Positions 31,938-42,260 of a stretch of DNA of 64,000 nucleotides are shown here, piece after piece (the stretch's first letter is position 1; each line of letters begins with the position of its first letter). Source of the stretch: Nannocystales bacterium (lineage in GTDB: Bacteria; Myxococcota_A; Polyangia; Nannocystales; Nannocystaceae); assembly GCA_050633305.1 (NCBI GenBank), contig JBOEGF010000014.1, positions 395,436-459,435 of the forward strand, written 5' to 3'. Both the position numbers and the translations under genes were made by a program. The notes under the pieces were generated by a model. It worked only from the letters and a program-made list of their open reading frames with translations, was not told the origin of the DNA and searched no databases.

Positions 31938-32397
31938 TGGATGGGTCCTCCCTCGTTCGGGTCTCGGTATGGATAGACTCGCTGAGGTCGTATTCGATCA
32001 TTGTTTTTTTTCCGTCGCCATGACTAAGTGGAGGCGGCGGGCACATCGTCGGGCCAGACCGCTCTCGCGGACCTTGCGCCGGATGAAGAGGAGGCATGCG
32101 CGGCGAAGCCGAAGCCGTCGCCGCGCATCGGCGTTCCAGTGCCGCGACAAGGTCAAGTTCTCCGGTCGCGTCTCCGTAGAAGCTCCGCAGTAGGGACAAC
32201 AGGGCCCGCGCTTGGCCATGTCGATCCAAGTCACGTCCCATCCCGAGCCGAAGTCGTCGGCGGCATGCAGCAGGACATAGTCCATCGCCCGTCATCGAAC
32301 ACCTCCGACCCAACAGCGCCCGAGCTTCGAGTCCCTGACAAGCAACGGGGATACGCCACCGCTGAGAGGGGGGACGGCGCGAGCGCACGTCGACGCC

Positions 32398-32421
32398 AAA
32401 TCGGAAATCGATTTCCGATTT
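32398..32421. repeat. Perfect 24-bp palindrome
   Basis: AAATCGGAAATCGATTTCCGATTT is its own reverse complement. Confidence 0.95.
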
Positions 32422-32684
32422 CGTGCGCCCCATGTTCGAACGGTGTTGCGTCAAGGACCCCCACCTTGGGTGTGCTCCGAATCGGCAAGAGAGTGCACCG
32501 GGCATCGCGGCGTCGACCTGAGTCGTGCTCATGCGACAGTCAAGTACGCCCGGTACAGCTGTGTTTTGACTCGTACCGAGGAGCCAACGCTACTTCGCGA
32601 GCCGCCGCGCCGGCCCTCTCAACGGGCTGCTAGGATCTCGCTTGCGCTGGTCCTGGGCGACGGCGCCTTTTCACCGAATACGGC

Positions 32685-33678
32685 ATGTCAGCAGAGCAAG
32701 CACCGTCGGAAGAATCGACGTCGTCACCTGCGCCATCTCTCCCTGCCGTGTCGCCCTCACTGTAGACCAAGCGAGCCCGGCTGCGCCTTTGCTGGGCTTT
32801 GTGCTGCGCGACAGAGTCGCGGGGATCGCCGGCCTCAGCTACGTCCCGCTGCTTCCGACTGCACTCGGCGTGGTCGCGATGGGGGTCATGCTGCGTGCGC
32901 ACGCCGTCCGCCGACGGCTACGTCTGGTGCTCGGCGGCGTTCTGTGTGCAGCGCTCTTCCTGCTCGAATCGGTTGGAACCGACCGGTCGCCGACGTTCAC
33001 GGGCCCGAGCTTCACCCTCCTTCACCAGAACGTACTCTGGGGCGGCAGCGACAAGTCTGACTCTTGGATCTCGATGGCAAGGAGATACAGGCCCACAACC
33101 CCGACGTCGTGGTTGTCAGCGAGTGTCCCAGCCGTGCGGCGATGAAGCCGTTCGTCGAGGGTCTCGGGTTCGCATCGATGGCATTCGCGGAGGGCCGTTC
33201 CTCACGCTATTGGTATTGCCTAGCGGTGGCCTCTCGATGGGCGACTCGCATGGTCTCCCTCCAGCAGGTCCGCGCGGGAATAGTCATGCACGTAAGGGTC
33301 GACATGCCGGGACAACCGCTCGAGTTCTTTGTCGTCGACGGCCACAGCGATCCCCTCCGTGACCGCCGACGCATGCCCGCCGACCTTCGCGCTCTTCTCG
33401 ACGCCGCCGACCCCCCGATCGACGTTGTCGTCGGCGACTTCAATGCTCCCTCTCGGTCGGTAGGCCTGGATGAGATGAGGGGCGACTACTGGTTGGCTGC
33501 AGAGACCTCTGGCCAATACGCGATGACCTGGCCACACCCGTTGCCCCTGTTCGACCTCGACCAGATCTGGGTCACCCTGCAGCGAGGCGGCCGCGACGCG
33601 AAACTCTACACGTTGCCTCAGGGAGATCATCGTGGGCAGACGGTCCGTATCTCGGCCTCTCCGCGCTCCGAACATTGA
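32685..33678 (+). pseudogene. Endonuclease/exonuclease/phosphatase-family membrane protein, interrupted
   Basis: TM region plus LLHQNV lie in one frame; PDVVVVSE, VVGDFN, DLDQIW, GDHRG lie in another. Frames join at ATGGCAAGGAG (~33079). Additional TAG at 32763. Confidence 0.7.
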
Positions 33679-33822
33679 GTTGCGGGTTGTTGTCCTCGGC
33701 TCGTGCGACGGCGGGTGACTTTCGCGCGTCATCCCGCCCTGGAGGTTCATCGTGGGCCACAGTCATCGGGGCTGGCCCGCTTCAAAATAGGCCGCACGGG
33801 ACGACCGCTCTAGAGAACGAGC

Positions 33823-35421
33823 ATGGGACAGTGGCGAACGATGGTGCTGGTTGGGCTCGGCATTGCGGCGTGTGGCGGAGAGCGGCCAGGGCTGACGCAA
33901 GCCGAGGAGATTCTCCCCGACCCGGGAAGTTCGTCGGAAGGCGTGCCCGCAGATGAACCTGTCGGCGGCAGTACAGGCGGCGGGTGGGGCGGCGGAGAAG
34001 GCGAAGACACTGGTGACGGAGGCGGGTGGGGCGGTGGGGAAGGCGGCGGCTCATCATCGGATCAGCCCGAGCCGGGCCCCGTCGAGCCTGAGCCCGAGCC
34101 GGGCCCCGATGGGAATGCGGTGATCTCGGGCTCTCGTCTCCATCGCCGCAGCCTCGCGAGTGCTGACAGTCCTGCGTCGCACGGGGGGCTGTGGGACAGC
34201 GAACTGGAGGTGCCGTGCTCCTTCGAACGAGCGAGCGACGGCGAGCTGCGGTGTATGCCCGATGCGCATGGGTCCGTGATGTTCTCCGACGCGGAATGCA
34301 CGCAGCCCGTGATTGCCTCGTATTGGTCTTGCGTGGAGCCAGACCTCCGCTATGCCCGACGTCATCTGGGCGAGAGTGACTGCGACTGGACCATCGAAGC
34401 GTACGCGGCCGTGGACGGCGAGACGCCGGCGGAGATGTCCGTGTTCTCCGACTGGACAGGGGAGTGCGTTGAAGAGGGGATCGAGATGGCTGTCTCGGCT
34501 CAACCCATCGCTGACACTGAGCTGGTCCGCGCGACCGTGATCGAGCAGCCACGTGCAGACTGGATGTCGATGCGCGTCCTCCAGGCGGACGACGGCGCGG
34601 CATTCCCGAACGAGGTCTTTGATGTCGGGCGCGGTGAGCGTTGCAGGCCAGACACAGAGAGCGGCCGCTGCGTCCCTGTTTCGGCTGGAACATTCTCGCC
34701 GTGGAACACGCGGTACGATGCGTCCTGCCAACAGCGCGTGGTCTCCGTGGACGCATGCGGCGGGTCGACCCTGCGAGGCCGGGAGAGCGCATGCGACCCG
34801 TGGTCATTCTACGAGCACGGAGATGAGATCGGGATGGAGGCGGTCTCGGTGCTTGAAGAGGACAACGTCTGCGAGGCTGCTCAGGGGGTCTACGCCACTC
34901 ATGTGACCGTTGGCCCAGTCATCGCGGCCGATACGTTTCCCGCTGTCGAGACCGTGATGGTGGGGGAGGGCAGGATCCGGGAGCAGCGTCTGGTCGACGC
35001 TGCGGGGAGCTCCCTCGCAGCGAACGGCTGGGGTCGCACGCTCTACGACACGGACCTCGGGGAGCGGTGTGCGCCGCGGCGGATGGCCGACGGAGCGATC
35101 CGTTGTTTGCCGCCGGCGTTGCAGGTCTCGTCTATCCAACTCTTCGCCGACGACAACTGCACTCAACGAGTCGTGAGCGCCCACTCGCCTCACTGCGAGG
35201 TGACGCCGGCACCTGGGTACGCGGTTGTGAGTGGTGGATGCGGTGTTGCTGCTTCCATCTACGTGCTCGGGGGGGAACTCGATATCGCGGAGGTCTATGC
35301 GGAACCGGGTGGATGCTCGCTCGTCCAACAGCTGCCCGACAACATGGTCTTCTTCCCTGTGGTAGAGGAACTCCCGACCGAGGCGTTTGTCGAGTTGGAC
35401 TACGTGGTAGACGGTCCCTGA
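33823..35421 (+). CDS. Hypothetical lipoprotein with three Cys-containing internal repeats
   Basis: Lipobox IAAC; repeats WDSELEVPC..DGELRCMP / FDVGRGERC..GRCVP / YDTDLGERC..DGAIRCLP. Confidence 0.8.
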   Translation: MGQWRTMVLVGLGIAACGGERPGLTQAEEILPDPGSSSEGVPADEPVGGSTGGGWGGGEGEDTGDGGGWGGGEGGGSSSDQPEPGPVEPEPEPGPDGNAVISGSRLHRRSLASADSPASHGGLWDSELEVPCSFERASDGELRCMPDAHGSVMFSDAECTQPVIASYWSCVEPDLRYARRHLGESDCDWTIEAYAAVDGETPAEMSVFSDWTGECVEEGIEMAVSAQPIADTELVRATVIEQPRADWMSMRVLQADDGAAFPNEVFDVGRGERCRPDTESGRCVPVSAGTFSPWNTRYDASCQQRVVSVDACGGSTLRGRESACDPWSFYEHGDEIGMEAVSVLEEDNVCEAAQGVYATHVTVGPVIAADTFPAVETVMVGEGRIREQRLVDAAGSSLAANGWGRTLYDTDLGERCAPRRMADGAIRCLPPALQVSSIQLFADDNCTQRVVSAHSPHCEVTPAPGYAVVSGGCGVAASIYVLGGELDIAEVYAEPGGCSLVQQLPDNMVFFPVVEELPTEAFVELDYVVDGP

Positions 35422-35569
35422 GCTCGCGCGTGTGCGGCCGTAACGGCCAGAGGTGTCTCCTTCGCGGGTCGTCTTCCGTGGCGAAGTGCAACTCTCGAGT
35501 CGATTCCACGAAGTTTTCACACCGCGTCGACGGTGTGTTGACGCGGCGGCTGGGAGGCTGAGGGTACCG

Positions 35570-36697
35570 ATGTCCATTCAGGTCGATCCACGTGTCCCCC
35601 GGTTCCTGACGGTCTCCTGCCTGCTCCTGTGCGGGTGTGGTGAGCACGCGGAGGTCCCACGAGAGGAACTTCAGGCTCTGCCAAGGGTTGCGCCCTCGCC
35701 AGCGGACAACCCTCTGACCACGGAGAAAGTGGAGCTGGGACGCTTGCTGTTCTGGGACCCGATCCTGTCGGGACATCAGGATGTGGCCTGTGGGACGTGC
35801 CACCACCCCGACTTCGGCTACGGAGATGGTCTGGACCTGAGCATCGGGGTCGGTGGCAGTGGCCTCGGTCCGTCTCGGATTCCCGGCCGCGAGATGCCCA
35901 TCGTGCCTCGCAACGCCCCCACCGTTCTCAACACTGGGTTCAACGGGTGGGTCGATGCCGACGCCCCGCCGGACCCGGCGCTCGCTCCGATGTTCTGGGA
36001 CAACCGCGAGGTGAGCTTGGAGGCTCAGGCACTCGGCCCGATCCGGTCAGACGTCGAGATGCGCGGTGACGCGTACTCCGAGGACGAGGCGGTGTCGCGG
36101 GTGGTGGAGCGGCTCGCCGAGGTCCCGGAGTATGTCGTGCTGTTCGCGGAGGCTTTCGAGCAGGATCCCTCCGAGGCAGTCTCCGAAGAGAACCTCGCTC
36201 GTGCCATTGCGGCCTTCGAGCGGCATCTGTCCCAGCCGAACAGCGCGTACGACCGTTGGTTGGCGGGCGACGACTCGGCGCTCAGCGGGCGCCAGCGCCG
36301 AGGGCTCAACGCGTTCCATGGGCTCGGCTGCGCGGACTGCCACTTGGGCCCCATGTTCTCCGACTATGAGATGCATCGAATCGGCGTCCCCGAGCAGCCC
36401 GGTACGAACGACGAAGGGGACGGGACTGGACGTTTTCGAACGCCGACGTTGCGCAACATCGCCCTGACCGCGCCATATATGCACAGCGGTCGTATCGGGG
36501 GAATGAACCGTGCCATCGAGTTCTATGACGAGCCCGAAGGTCGCGACTTGGACCCTCTGGTGCGGGGTCTCGACGTGGAGCGTCGCGACGAGAAAGACCT
36601 CGAGTCGTTTCTGCGAGCGCTCACCGACGACTTCGATCGCGAGATCCCGACCCGTGTTCCCAGCGGTCTGCCCCCCGGCGGTGAGATCGCTGGATAA
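35570..36697 (+). CDS. Di-heme cytochrome c peroxidase / MauG-MbnH family lipoprotein
   Basis: LGRLLFWDPILS, CGTCH, RNAPT, CADCH, FRTPTLRNIALTAPYMHSG. Confidence 0.92.
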   Translation: MSIQVDPRVPRFLTVSCLLLCGCGEHAEVPREELQALPRVAPSPADNPLTTEKVELGRLLFWDPILSGHQDVACGTCHHPDFGYGDGLDLSIGVGGSGLGPSRIPGREMPIVPRNAPTVLNTGFNGWVDADAPPDPALAPMFWDNREVSLEAQALGPIRSDVEMRGDAYSEDEAVSRVVERLAEVPEYVVLFAEAFEQDPSEAVSEENLARAIAAFERHLSQPNSAYDRWLAGDDSALSGRQRRGLNAFHGLGCADCHLGPMFSDYEMHRIGVPEQPGTNDEGDGTGRFRTPTLRNIALTAPYMHSGRIGGMNRAIEFYDEPEGRDLDPLVRGLDVERRDEKDLESFLRALTDDFDREIPTRVPSGLPPGGEIAG

Positions 36698-36749
36698 AGA
36701 TGTCCGCCCCGCATGCTAGCGTTGTGTACTCGTCCCCTCTTCGGTTTCC

Positions 36750-37415
36750 ATGCGCGTACTCCTCATCGAGGACCACCTCGACATCGCCGACAACATCACG
36801 GACCACCTGGTGGCGCGGGGGCACACGGTCGAGCATGCGCTCAATGGCCTTGGCGGCCTTCACCTGGCGGTCACAGGGGTCTTCGACGTCATCGTCTTGG
36901 ACGTAAACCTTCCTGGCATGGACGGTCTCACCGTCTGCCGACGCCTTCGCGAGTCGACCAGCGCGGGCGTTTCGGTCTTGATGCTCACCGCCAACGACAC
37001 CCTCGAGGACACGTTGGCCGGGTTCGAGGCGGGCACCGACGACTACCTGTCCAAGCCGTTTTCGTTGCGCGAACTCGAGGCGCGGTTGCTGGCACTCACG
37101 CTGAGGAGGCGCGTGGAACCCAGCCGGCTCCAAGTGGGGGACCTCGTGCTCGACCTGGGGACCCTCGAAGTCTCGCGCGCGGGGCAGGCGATACGCTTGA
37201 ATCGAATGGGTGTCGCCCTGCTGGCCGAGCTGATGCAGGCCTCGCCGAATGTCGTGAGCCGCGACCACTTGCTGACCCAGTTGTGGGGAGACGATCCGCC
37301 CGGGAGTGACGTGCTGCGCAGCCACGTCTACGCACTGCGTCGCGCCATCGATCGCCCGTTTTCCACCGCGCTTGTGCACACCGTCCATGGTTCGGGTTGG
37401 CGGCTCGTCTCTTGA
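36750..37415 (+). CDS. OmpR-family response regulator
   Basis: LLIED, VLDVNLPGMDG, DDYLSKPF, winged-helix C-terminus. Confidence 0.95.
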   Translation: MRVLLIEDHLDIADNITDHLVARGHTVEHALNGLGGLHLAVTGVFDVIVLDVNLPGMDGLTVCRRLRESTSAGVSVLMLTANDTLEDTLAGFEAGTDDYLSKPFSLRELEARLLALTLRRRVEPSRLQVGDLVLDLGTLEVSRAGQAIRLNRMGVALLAELMQASPNVVSRDHLLTQLWGDDPPGSDVLRSHVYALRRAIDRPFSTALVHTVHGSGWRLVS

Positions 37416-38698
37416 CTCCCATTCGAAGCCTTCGCCTCCGCTTCCTGCTCGCCTTCGGGCTCTTTGGGGCGTTGCTCACGGTCATCTACGGCGCGGTTGC
37501 GTGGGCTTCGACCACGCTGTCCGAAGACCTGATCATGGAACGGTGGCTCGAATCGGAGGCCCAGCACATCCAGCAACGCTATTTGGAGCAGCGGGAGGTC
37601 GCACTTCCAACGGGGCGTCTGATCTCCGGAGCTATCGAGGTCGAACGATTGCCGCTTGCTTTGCGGGCGCGAGCCGGGGCCCTGGCCGTCGGTCCGCATG
37701 AAGTCCTTGGTCCCGGGGAGGGGCGGTGGCAGCTGCACGTGCTGCAACTACCCGCTGGCCCTCGGGTGTACCTGTACATCAATGAGAACGACCTCGAGGC
37801 CAGCGAACTGGTCGAGCAGCAGCTCGGATGGCTATTGCTCGGGCTGTCTGCCCTCGTGGCGCTCATCGGTGTCGGCCTCGGCGTGCTCACGACCCGTCGC
37901 ATCATCGCGCCCCTGCGGCGACTCACCGAAGCCGTCTCCGCCCACGAACCGGACGCCCCGCTGCCGAGTCTGCGCGAGCTCGTCTCCAACGACGAGCTGG
38001 GGCTGTTGGCTGAGCACATGGAGACCGCCATGGGCCAGGTCGCTGCCTCGGCACGGCAGGAGCAACTCTTCGGGCGGTACACAAGCCATGAGCTGCGTTC
38101 CTCGCTCGCCGTCGCGCGCGGGGTCTCGGAGTTGCTCGATGACCTCGACGACCCGCGGCTGAGTCGACCTCTGGCTCGCCTCGACCGTGCGCTCCAAGAC
38201 ATGGGTGGGATCGTGGAGACGTGCCTGTGGCTCGCCCGCAGTCAGGCGCAGATGCCCCCCTGTGAGCACGTGGAACTCCGCCCGCTCATCGACGAGTTGG
38301 TCGCGCGAGTGGGGCGGCGAGTCAGCCCCGGTGTCGCGCTCCGTGTCGATGTTCCCTCGGATGCCTTCGTCAATGCTCCGCGACTTGCGCTGCGCATGAT
38401 CCTCAGCAATCTGCTGGGCAATGCACTGCGTCATACGGTCGAGGGAAGCATCGTGCTCAGGGGAGACACCGACGGGATCGAGGTCGAAGACTCGGGACCT
38501 GGAATCCCCGACGAGATCCGAGTGCGGATCACCGAGCCATACGTCCGAGGCCCCGGGGAAGGGCATGGACTCGGCCTGGCGATCGTCAACGGACTCTGCG
38601 TCCGGCTGGGCTGGCGCTTCGACGTGCAGAGTGTCGTGGGGCGGGGGACCAAGGTTCGGGTTGAGCTCACAGGGGCTCCAGATCGGCCTTCGCAGTAG
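37412..38698 (+). CDS. HAMP-containing sensor histidine kinase
   Basis: Two TMs, SHELRS H-box, NLLGNA, DSGPG, GLGL; TTGA overlap with the regulator stop. Confidence 0.93.
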   Translation: MTPIRSLRLRFLLAFGLFGALLTVIYGAVAWASTTLSEDLIMERWLESEAQHIQQRYLEQREVALPTGRLISGAIEVERLPLALRARAGALAVGPHEVLGPGEGRWQLHVLQLPAGPRVYLYINENDLEASELVEQQLGWLLLGLSALVALIGVGLGVLTTRRIIAPLRRLTEAVSAHEPDAPLPSLRELVSNDELGLLAEHMETAMGQVAASARQEQLFGRYTSHELRSSLAVARGVSELLDDLDDPRLSRPLARLDRALQDMGGIVETCLWLARSQAQMPPCEHVELRPLIDELVARVGRRVSPGVALRVDVPSDAFVNAPRLALRMILSNLLGNALRHTVEGSIVLRGDTDGIEVEDSGPGIPDEIRVRITEPYVRGPGEGHGLGLAIVNGLCVRLGWRFDVQSVVGRGTKVRVELTGAPDRPSQ

Positions 38699-38848
38699 AG
38701 ACTCGCTCACCTCAGTCCGAACGTCTCCGCCTGTCGAGACCGTCACGGAACTTCGGGGGGCGTTGCACGACAGGACGAGGGCTGGAGTGGTGCGTCTTCG
38801 ACCCATGCGCTCGGGGAGGAACTCGACACCGAGGAGATCGACTGGGAG

Positions 38849-39877
38849 GTGGTCCACAGCCCCTGGGACTGGGTGAGGTGCTCGCAACGGAACCTTCTGT
38901 GCTGCGCGGTGTCTGAGTCGGACGTGGGGCGCGCGTGGTCTTGGGTGGTGTTGGTGGGTCTCTTGGGCTGCGGCCAGGACGTGGCATCCGCGGACTCGTC
39001 GATCGTGACGGCAAGACCCCCAGCGGTCACGCATTCAGTAGCCCTCGGGGACCTGTCCGAGCTCTCACCCTCCGTGCGTCGAGCGTTCGAGGCCCACCCG
39101 GAAGACTTCTCGGTCCTCCCCGAACCGGGCGCCGACGACTGGCGCACTTGGAACACCGAGTCGCCACAGAGCGTGGGCAACTACTGGGTCAGCGGCCCGA
39201 ATCGGCCAGGACACGAGGGGCGGGACACGCTCTACATCCTCCCACTCGGGCCGGTCCCGGACACCTCGGCGCTCGAGACGTTCGCGCGCGACTTCTTCGC
39301 GACGCCGGTTGTGGTGCTGGAGGCGGCGGACCTCTCCGGCGTCGAGTTGACTCGGCGGACACACGGCTCCCGCGAGCAAGTTCTGGCCGGAGACCTACAG
39401 ACCTACCTGAAGTCGCGCCTCCCCGAGGACGCCTACGCGATGCTCGGTCTGACTTCGGAGGATATCTACCCCAGCGACGACTACAACTACGTCTTCGGGC
39501 TCGCATCGACGACCGACCGCACGGGCGTGTTCAGCCTGGCGCGCTACGACCCGCGGTTCTACGAGCCGAGCGCCGATCCGAACCCGGTGTTGCAGCGCGA
39601 GCGGGCGTTCAAGATCCTGGCGCACGAGGCCGGCCACATGTTCGGCATTGGGCACTGCTTGCACTTCGCGTGCGTGATGAACGGGGCCAACCACAGCGAG
39701 GAACTCGACCGTGCTCCGCTTGCGTTGTGCCCGGTCTGCTTGCGAAAGCTGCACCTCCTCGTCGGGTTCGACCCGAAGGCTCGCTACGATGCCTTGGAGC
39801 GACGCTACGCGGAATCCGAACTCACCAGCGCCGCAGCATTTGCCCGGACCCGCGCGGACCGCATCGCCGGAGAGTGA
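38849..39877 (+). CDS. Archaemetzincin (M54) zinc protease, probable lipoprotein
   Basis: HEAGHMFGIGHC..ACVM...LCPVC; lipobox LLGC. Start uncertain. Confidence 0.88.
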   Translation: MVHSPWDWVRCSQRNLLCCAVSESDVGRAWSWVVLVGLLGCGQDVASADSSIVTARPPAVTHSVALGDLSELSPSVRRAFEAHPEDFSVLPEPGADDWRTWNTESPQSVGNYWVSGPNRPGHEGRDTLYILPLGPVPDTSALETFARDFFATPVVVLEAADLSGVELTRRTHGSREQVLAGDLQTYLKSRLPEDAYAMLGLTSEDIYPSDDYNYVFGLASTTDRTGVFSLARYDPRFYEPSADPNPVLQRERAFKILAHEAGHMFGIGHCLHFACVMNGANHSEELDRAPLALCPVCLRKLHLLVGFDPKARYDALERRYAESELTSAAAFARTRADRIAGE

Positions 39878-39910
39878 ACTCCGCTGGCGGGGTTGGGACC
39901 GCGGGTGGAC

Positions 39911-41326
39911 TCAGTTCGTCGAGCGGACGACCGTCAGTGCGTCCGCGGCATCCGAGGTGACGACGATGTCCGGCACACCATCGCCGTTGATGTCCCCGGT
40001 GCTCAGCGTTTCGGTGACGTGGGGAAGGCTGACATCCTCGCCTGCCGAGAAACCGCGCGCCTCGTTTCCGAGGTAGACGGTCAGCGTATTGCGGTCGGAG
40101 TAGCCCACGACGAGGTCGTCGACGCCGTCCTGGTCGACGTCAGCGGCTTCGACCCGGCTCGTCGTGCCGGAGTCGACGGTGATGTCGTCGGCCTCTGTGA
40201 AGCCGAGACCGCCGTTTCCGTACACCACGCCAATCGTGGAGCCGTCCGCGATGGCGATGTCGGTCTCACCATCTCCGTCGAAGTCTCCGATGGTGAGGTC
40301 TCGAGCGTCCTGCGTCGTGACGAAAGGAGCGAGCGGGGAGCTGTTGAGCGTCCCGTCCCCGTTGCCCAGAACCATCCGCACCTGGTTGCCGTCCATGTAG
40401 TCGCCCAAGTACAGGACATCGAGCTGCTCGTCTCCATTGAAGTCCGCGAGCGTGATGTCGAGCTGGTCGCTGAAGTCGCTGATGTCGACCGCATCGGTTT
40501 GAACCATCGTCCCGTCGTCGGCGATCGAGAACACCTCGATACCGGAGAGCACCAGAACGACCGCCTCTTCGCGCTCATCGCCGTTCATGTCGCCCATTGC
40601 GAGCGCGTAGGCCTCGGTGCCGTCTCCATCCGCGATCGCGTAGTCGCCGGAGGTGTTTCCAAAGACCGTGTACAAGACCCCGCCTGACTCCGAACGGAGG
40701 AAGCCGTCGAGGACGTCGTCGTCGTCGATGAAGGAGAACCCCATCTGGTTGAGGGTCGAGACGCCGGCGAAGGCACTGGTGGTGGCGAGCCCAAACACGC
40801 CATCGGTGTTGAGTTGTACGACGATCTCCCCGTTGGAGGCGGAGTAGATCAGGTCTCGGTCGTCGTCGCTGTCGAGGTCTTCGAAGTACCCGAACCGATA
40901 GTTCGACCCCGTCAGCTCCTCGGCGACCTCGTAGCAGACCTCCGTGGCGACCACGATGCCATCTCCACAGCCAGGCTCTGCCGGTTCGCCCGTGCTGCTC
41001 GACCCCGAGCTCCCCTCGGAGTCGGACGCGTCCCCGGTTGATGCGTCGTCGGATGTTGTGGTTCCGTCAGAGGTTGTGCCGCTCGGATCGGTGGCATCGG
41101 TCGTCTCGCCGGTCTCCGGCGCTGTGGTTGCACCCGAGGCCGTGGCCTCGGTGATCGATGTTGAGCCGGAGCCGCCGGACTCCGTGTCGGTGTCACCCAG
41201 GGCGGGAGCATCGTCGGGGTTGAAACAGCCAGTCGCGAGGCAGCCCAGCAGGCCGATCCACACGGCCTGGCGCGAGCCGGAGGTGGAGTCTGGGCGGGGG
41301 CGACGAGGGGCCGAGCCGAAGTCCAT
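39911..41326 (-). CDS. FG-GAP/VCBS repeat lipoprotein
   Basis: ATGCFNPDD; repeated D(F/M)NGD..D motifs. Confidence 0.88.
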   Translation of the reverse strand: MDFGSAPRRPRPDSTSGSRQAVWIGLLGCLATGCFNPDDAPALGDTDTESGGSGSTSITEATASGATTAPETGETTDATDPSGTTSDGTTTSDDASTGDASDSEGSSGSSSTGEPAEPGCGDGIVVATEVCYEVAEELTGSNYRFGYFEDLDSDDDRDLIYSASNGEIVVQLNTDGVFGLATTSAFAGVSTLNQMGFSFIDDDDVLDGFLRSESGGVLYTVFGNTSGDYAIADGDGTEAYALAMGDMNGDEREEAVVLVLSGIEVFSIADDGTMVQTDAVDISDFSDQLDITLADFNGDEQLDVLYLGDYMDGNQVRMVLGNGDGTLNSSPLAPFVTTQDARDLTIGDFDGDGETDIAIADGSTIGVVYGNGGLGFTEADDITVDSGTTSRVEAADVDQDGVDDLVVGYSDRNTLTVYLGNEARGFSAGEDVSLPHVTETLSTGDINGDGVPDIVVTSDAADALTVVRSTN

Positions 41327-41449
41327 GACCCCAGTATTGCGTTCGCGGATCCGGAAGCGAGTGCAAGCGGATGACGTCGTCGCAAAGCGGGACTAGCCAC
41401 CCCTTGAGGGCCTCCACGGGCGCTGCGGGAGCCGTTACACTACGATTTC

Positions 41450-41737
41450 ATGGCAACGCGATCCGAGGCTTGGGAACCCGAAGGCGGCTGGGACCGGTTT
41501 TCCCGGGCGGACGACGTGGAGGAACTCGCGTGGGAGGTGCTCGCCGGATGGCACTACATCAACCCCACGGCCACCACGTCGGTCTGGGAGTCACCGGACG
41601 GCGCGACCGTGTACTTGGCCTTCGATGATTCCCATGCGTTGATCGAGTTGGTCATCGGGCACGGCCCCGAAGAGGACGCTGATCTTCAGGACTTCACGGT
41701 GCGCCTGCGCAAGCTCGGACTGCGGCCTTCGGGCTGA
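41450..41737 (+). CDS. Hypothetical small protein
   Basis: 95-aa ORF with globular composition filling the gap; no recognised motif. Confidence 0.55.
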   Translation: MATRSEAWEPEGGWDRFSRADDVEELAWEVLAGWHYINPTATTSVWESPDGATVYLAFDDSHALIELVIGHGPEEDADLQDFTVRLRKLGLRPSG

Positions 41738-41809
41738 TCCTCGAGGACGCGGCGCAGAGCTTGCGCGTTGGGTTGTCGACCGGGCTCTGCGCGGTAGGTC
41801 ATCCATGCC

Positions 41810-42118
41810 ATGAGACAGGGACGCACTCGCGCAGTCTTCCTCGGAGTCTTCGCAGCGCTCGCACCCGCGACAGCGCGTGCGGCAGGAGATGGGGGCCCCG
41901 ATGGATCTGTGCTGATGGCCGCACTCCTGGCTCTGGGCTTGGCCATTCTCGGCGGCACCCTTGCCCAGGGGCGTGCAGCTGCGGCGGCCTACGACGGGAT
42001 CTGCCGAAATCCGGCGGCCGCGGAAAAGGTGTTCACGCCCATGATTCTTGGGCTCGCGCTGATCGAGTCGTTGGTCATCCTCGGGTTCGTTGCGCTCAAC
42101 ATGGTGATGTTCGCTTGA
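41810..42118 (+). CDS. atpE: F0 ATP synthase subunit c (orphan)
   Basis: [15 protein letters not shown]...RNP...[12 protein letters not shown]; two-helix hairpin with the conserved Glu. Confidence 0.88.
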   Translation: MRQGRTRAVFLGVFAALAPATARAAGDGGPDGSVLMAALLALGLAILGGTLAQGRAAAAAYDGICRNPAAAEKVFTPMILGLALIESLVILGFVALNMVMFA

Positions 42119-42124
42119 GCGTAG

Positions 42125-42250
42125 GTGAATGACCGGGAGAACCTCGCCGACCGTTTCGGTTTGCACCGACGCTCGCGCAGGGGCGAACCAGTCCGCTGGG
42201 GTGTCATGGGTTGAGTTCTCGCTCGGCGAGACTCACCCGGTCATTGCACG
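42125..42250 (-). ncRNA. Candidate sigma-54-dependent structured small RNA (~125 nt)
   Basis: 5' and 3' ends are complementary (42125-42150 vs 42223-42249). Internal UCGGU-GCAA-ACCGA GNRA hairpin on the minus strand. 5' end lies at the predicted sigma-54 start. Confidence 0.55.
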
Positions 42251-42260
42251 CGTCAACAAA

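Noticed and set aside
31998..32285. 95-aa ORF with CPYC
   Set aside because: Only one CxxC and an Arg-rich low-information tail; not enough support to call.
41989..42207. 72-aa minus-strand ORF downstream of the sigma-54 promoter
   Set aside because: No RBS, overlaps atpE antisense, and no protein-like features. An RNA explains the structure better.
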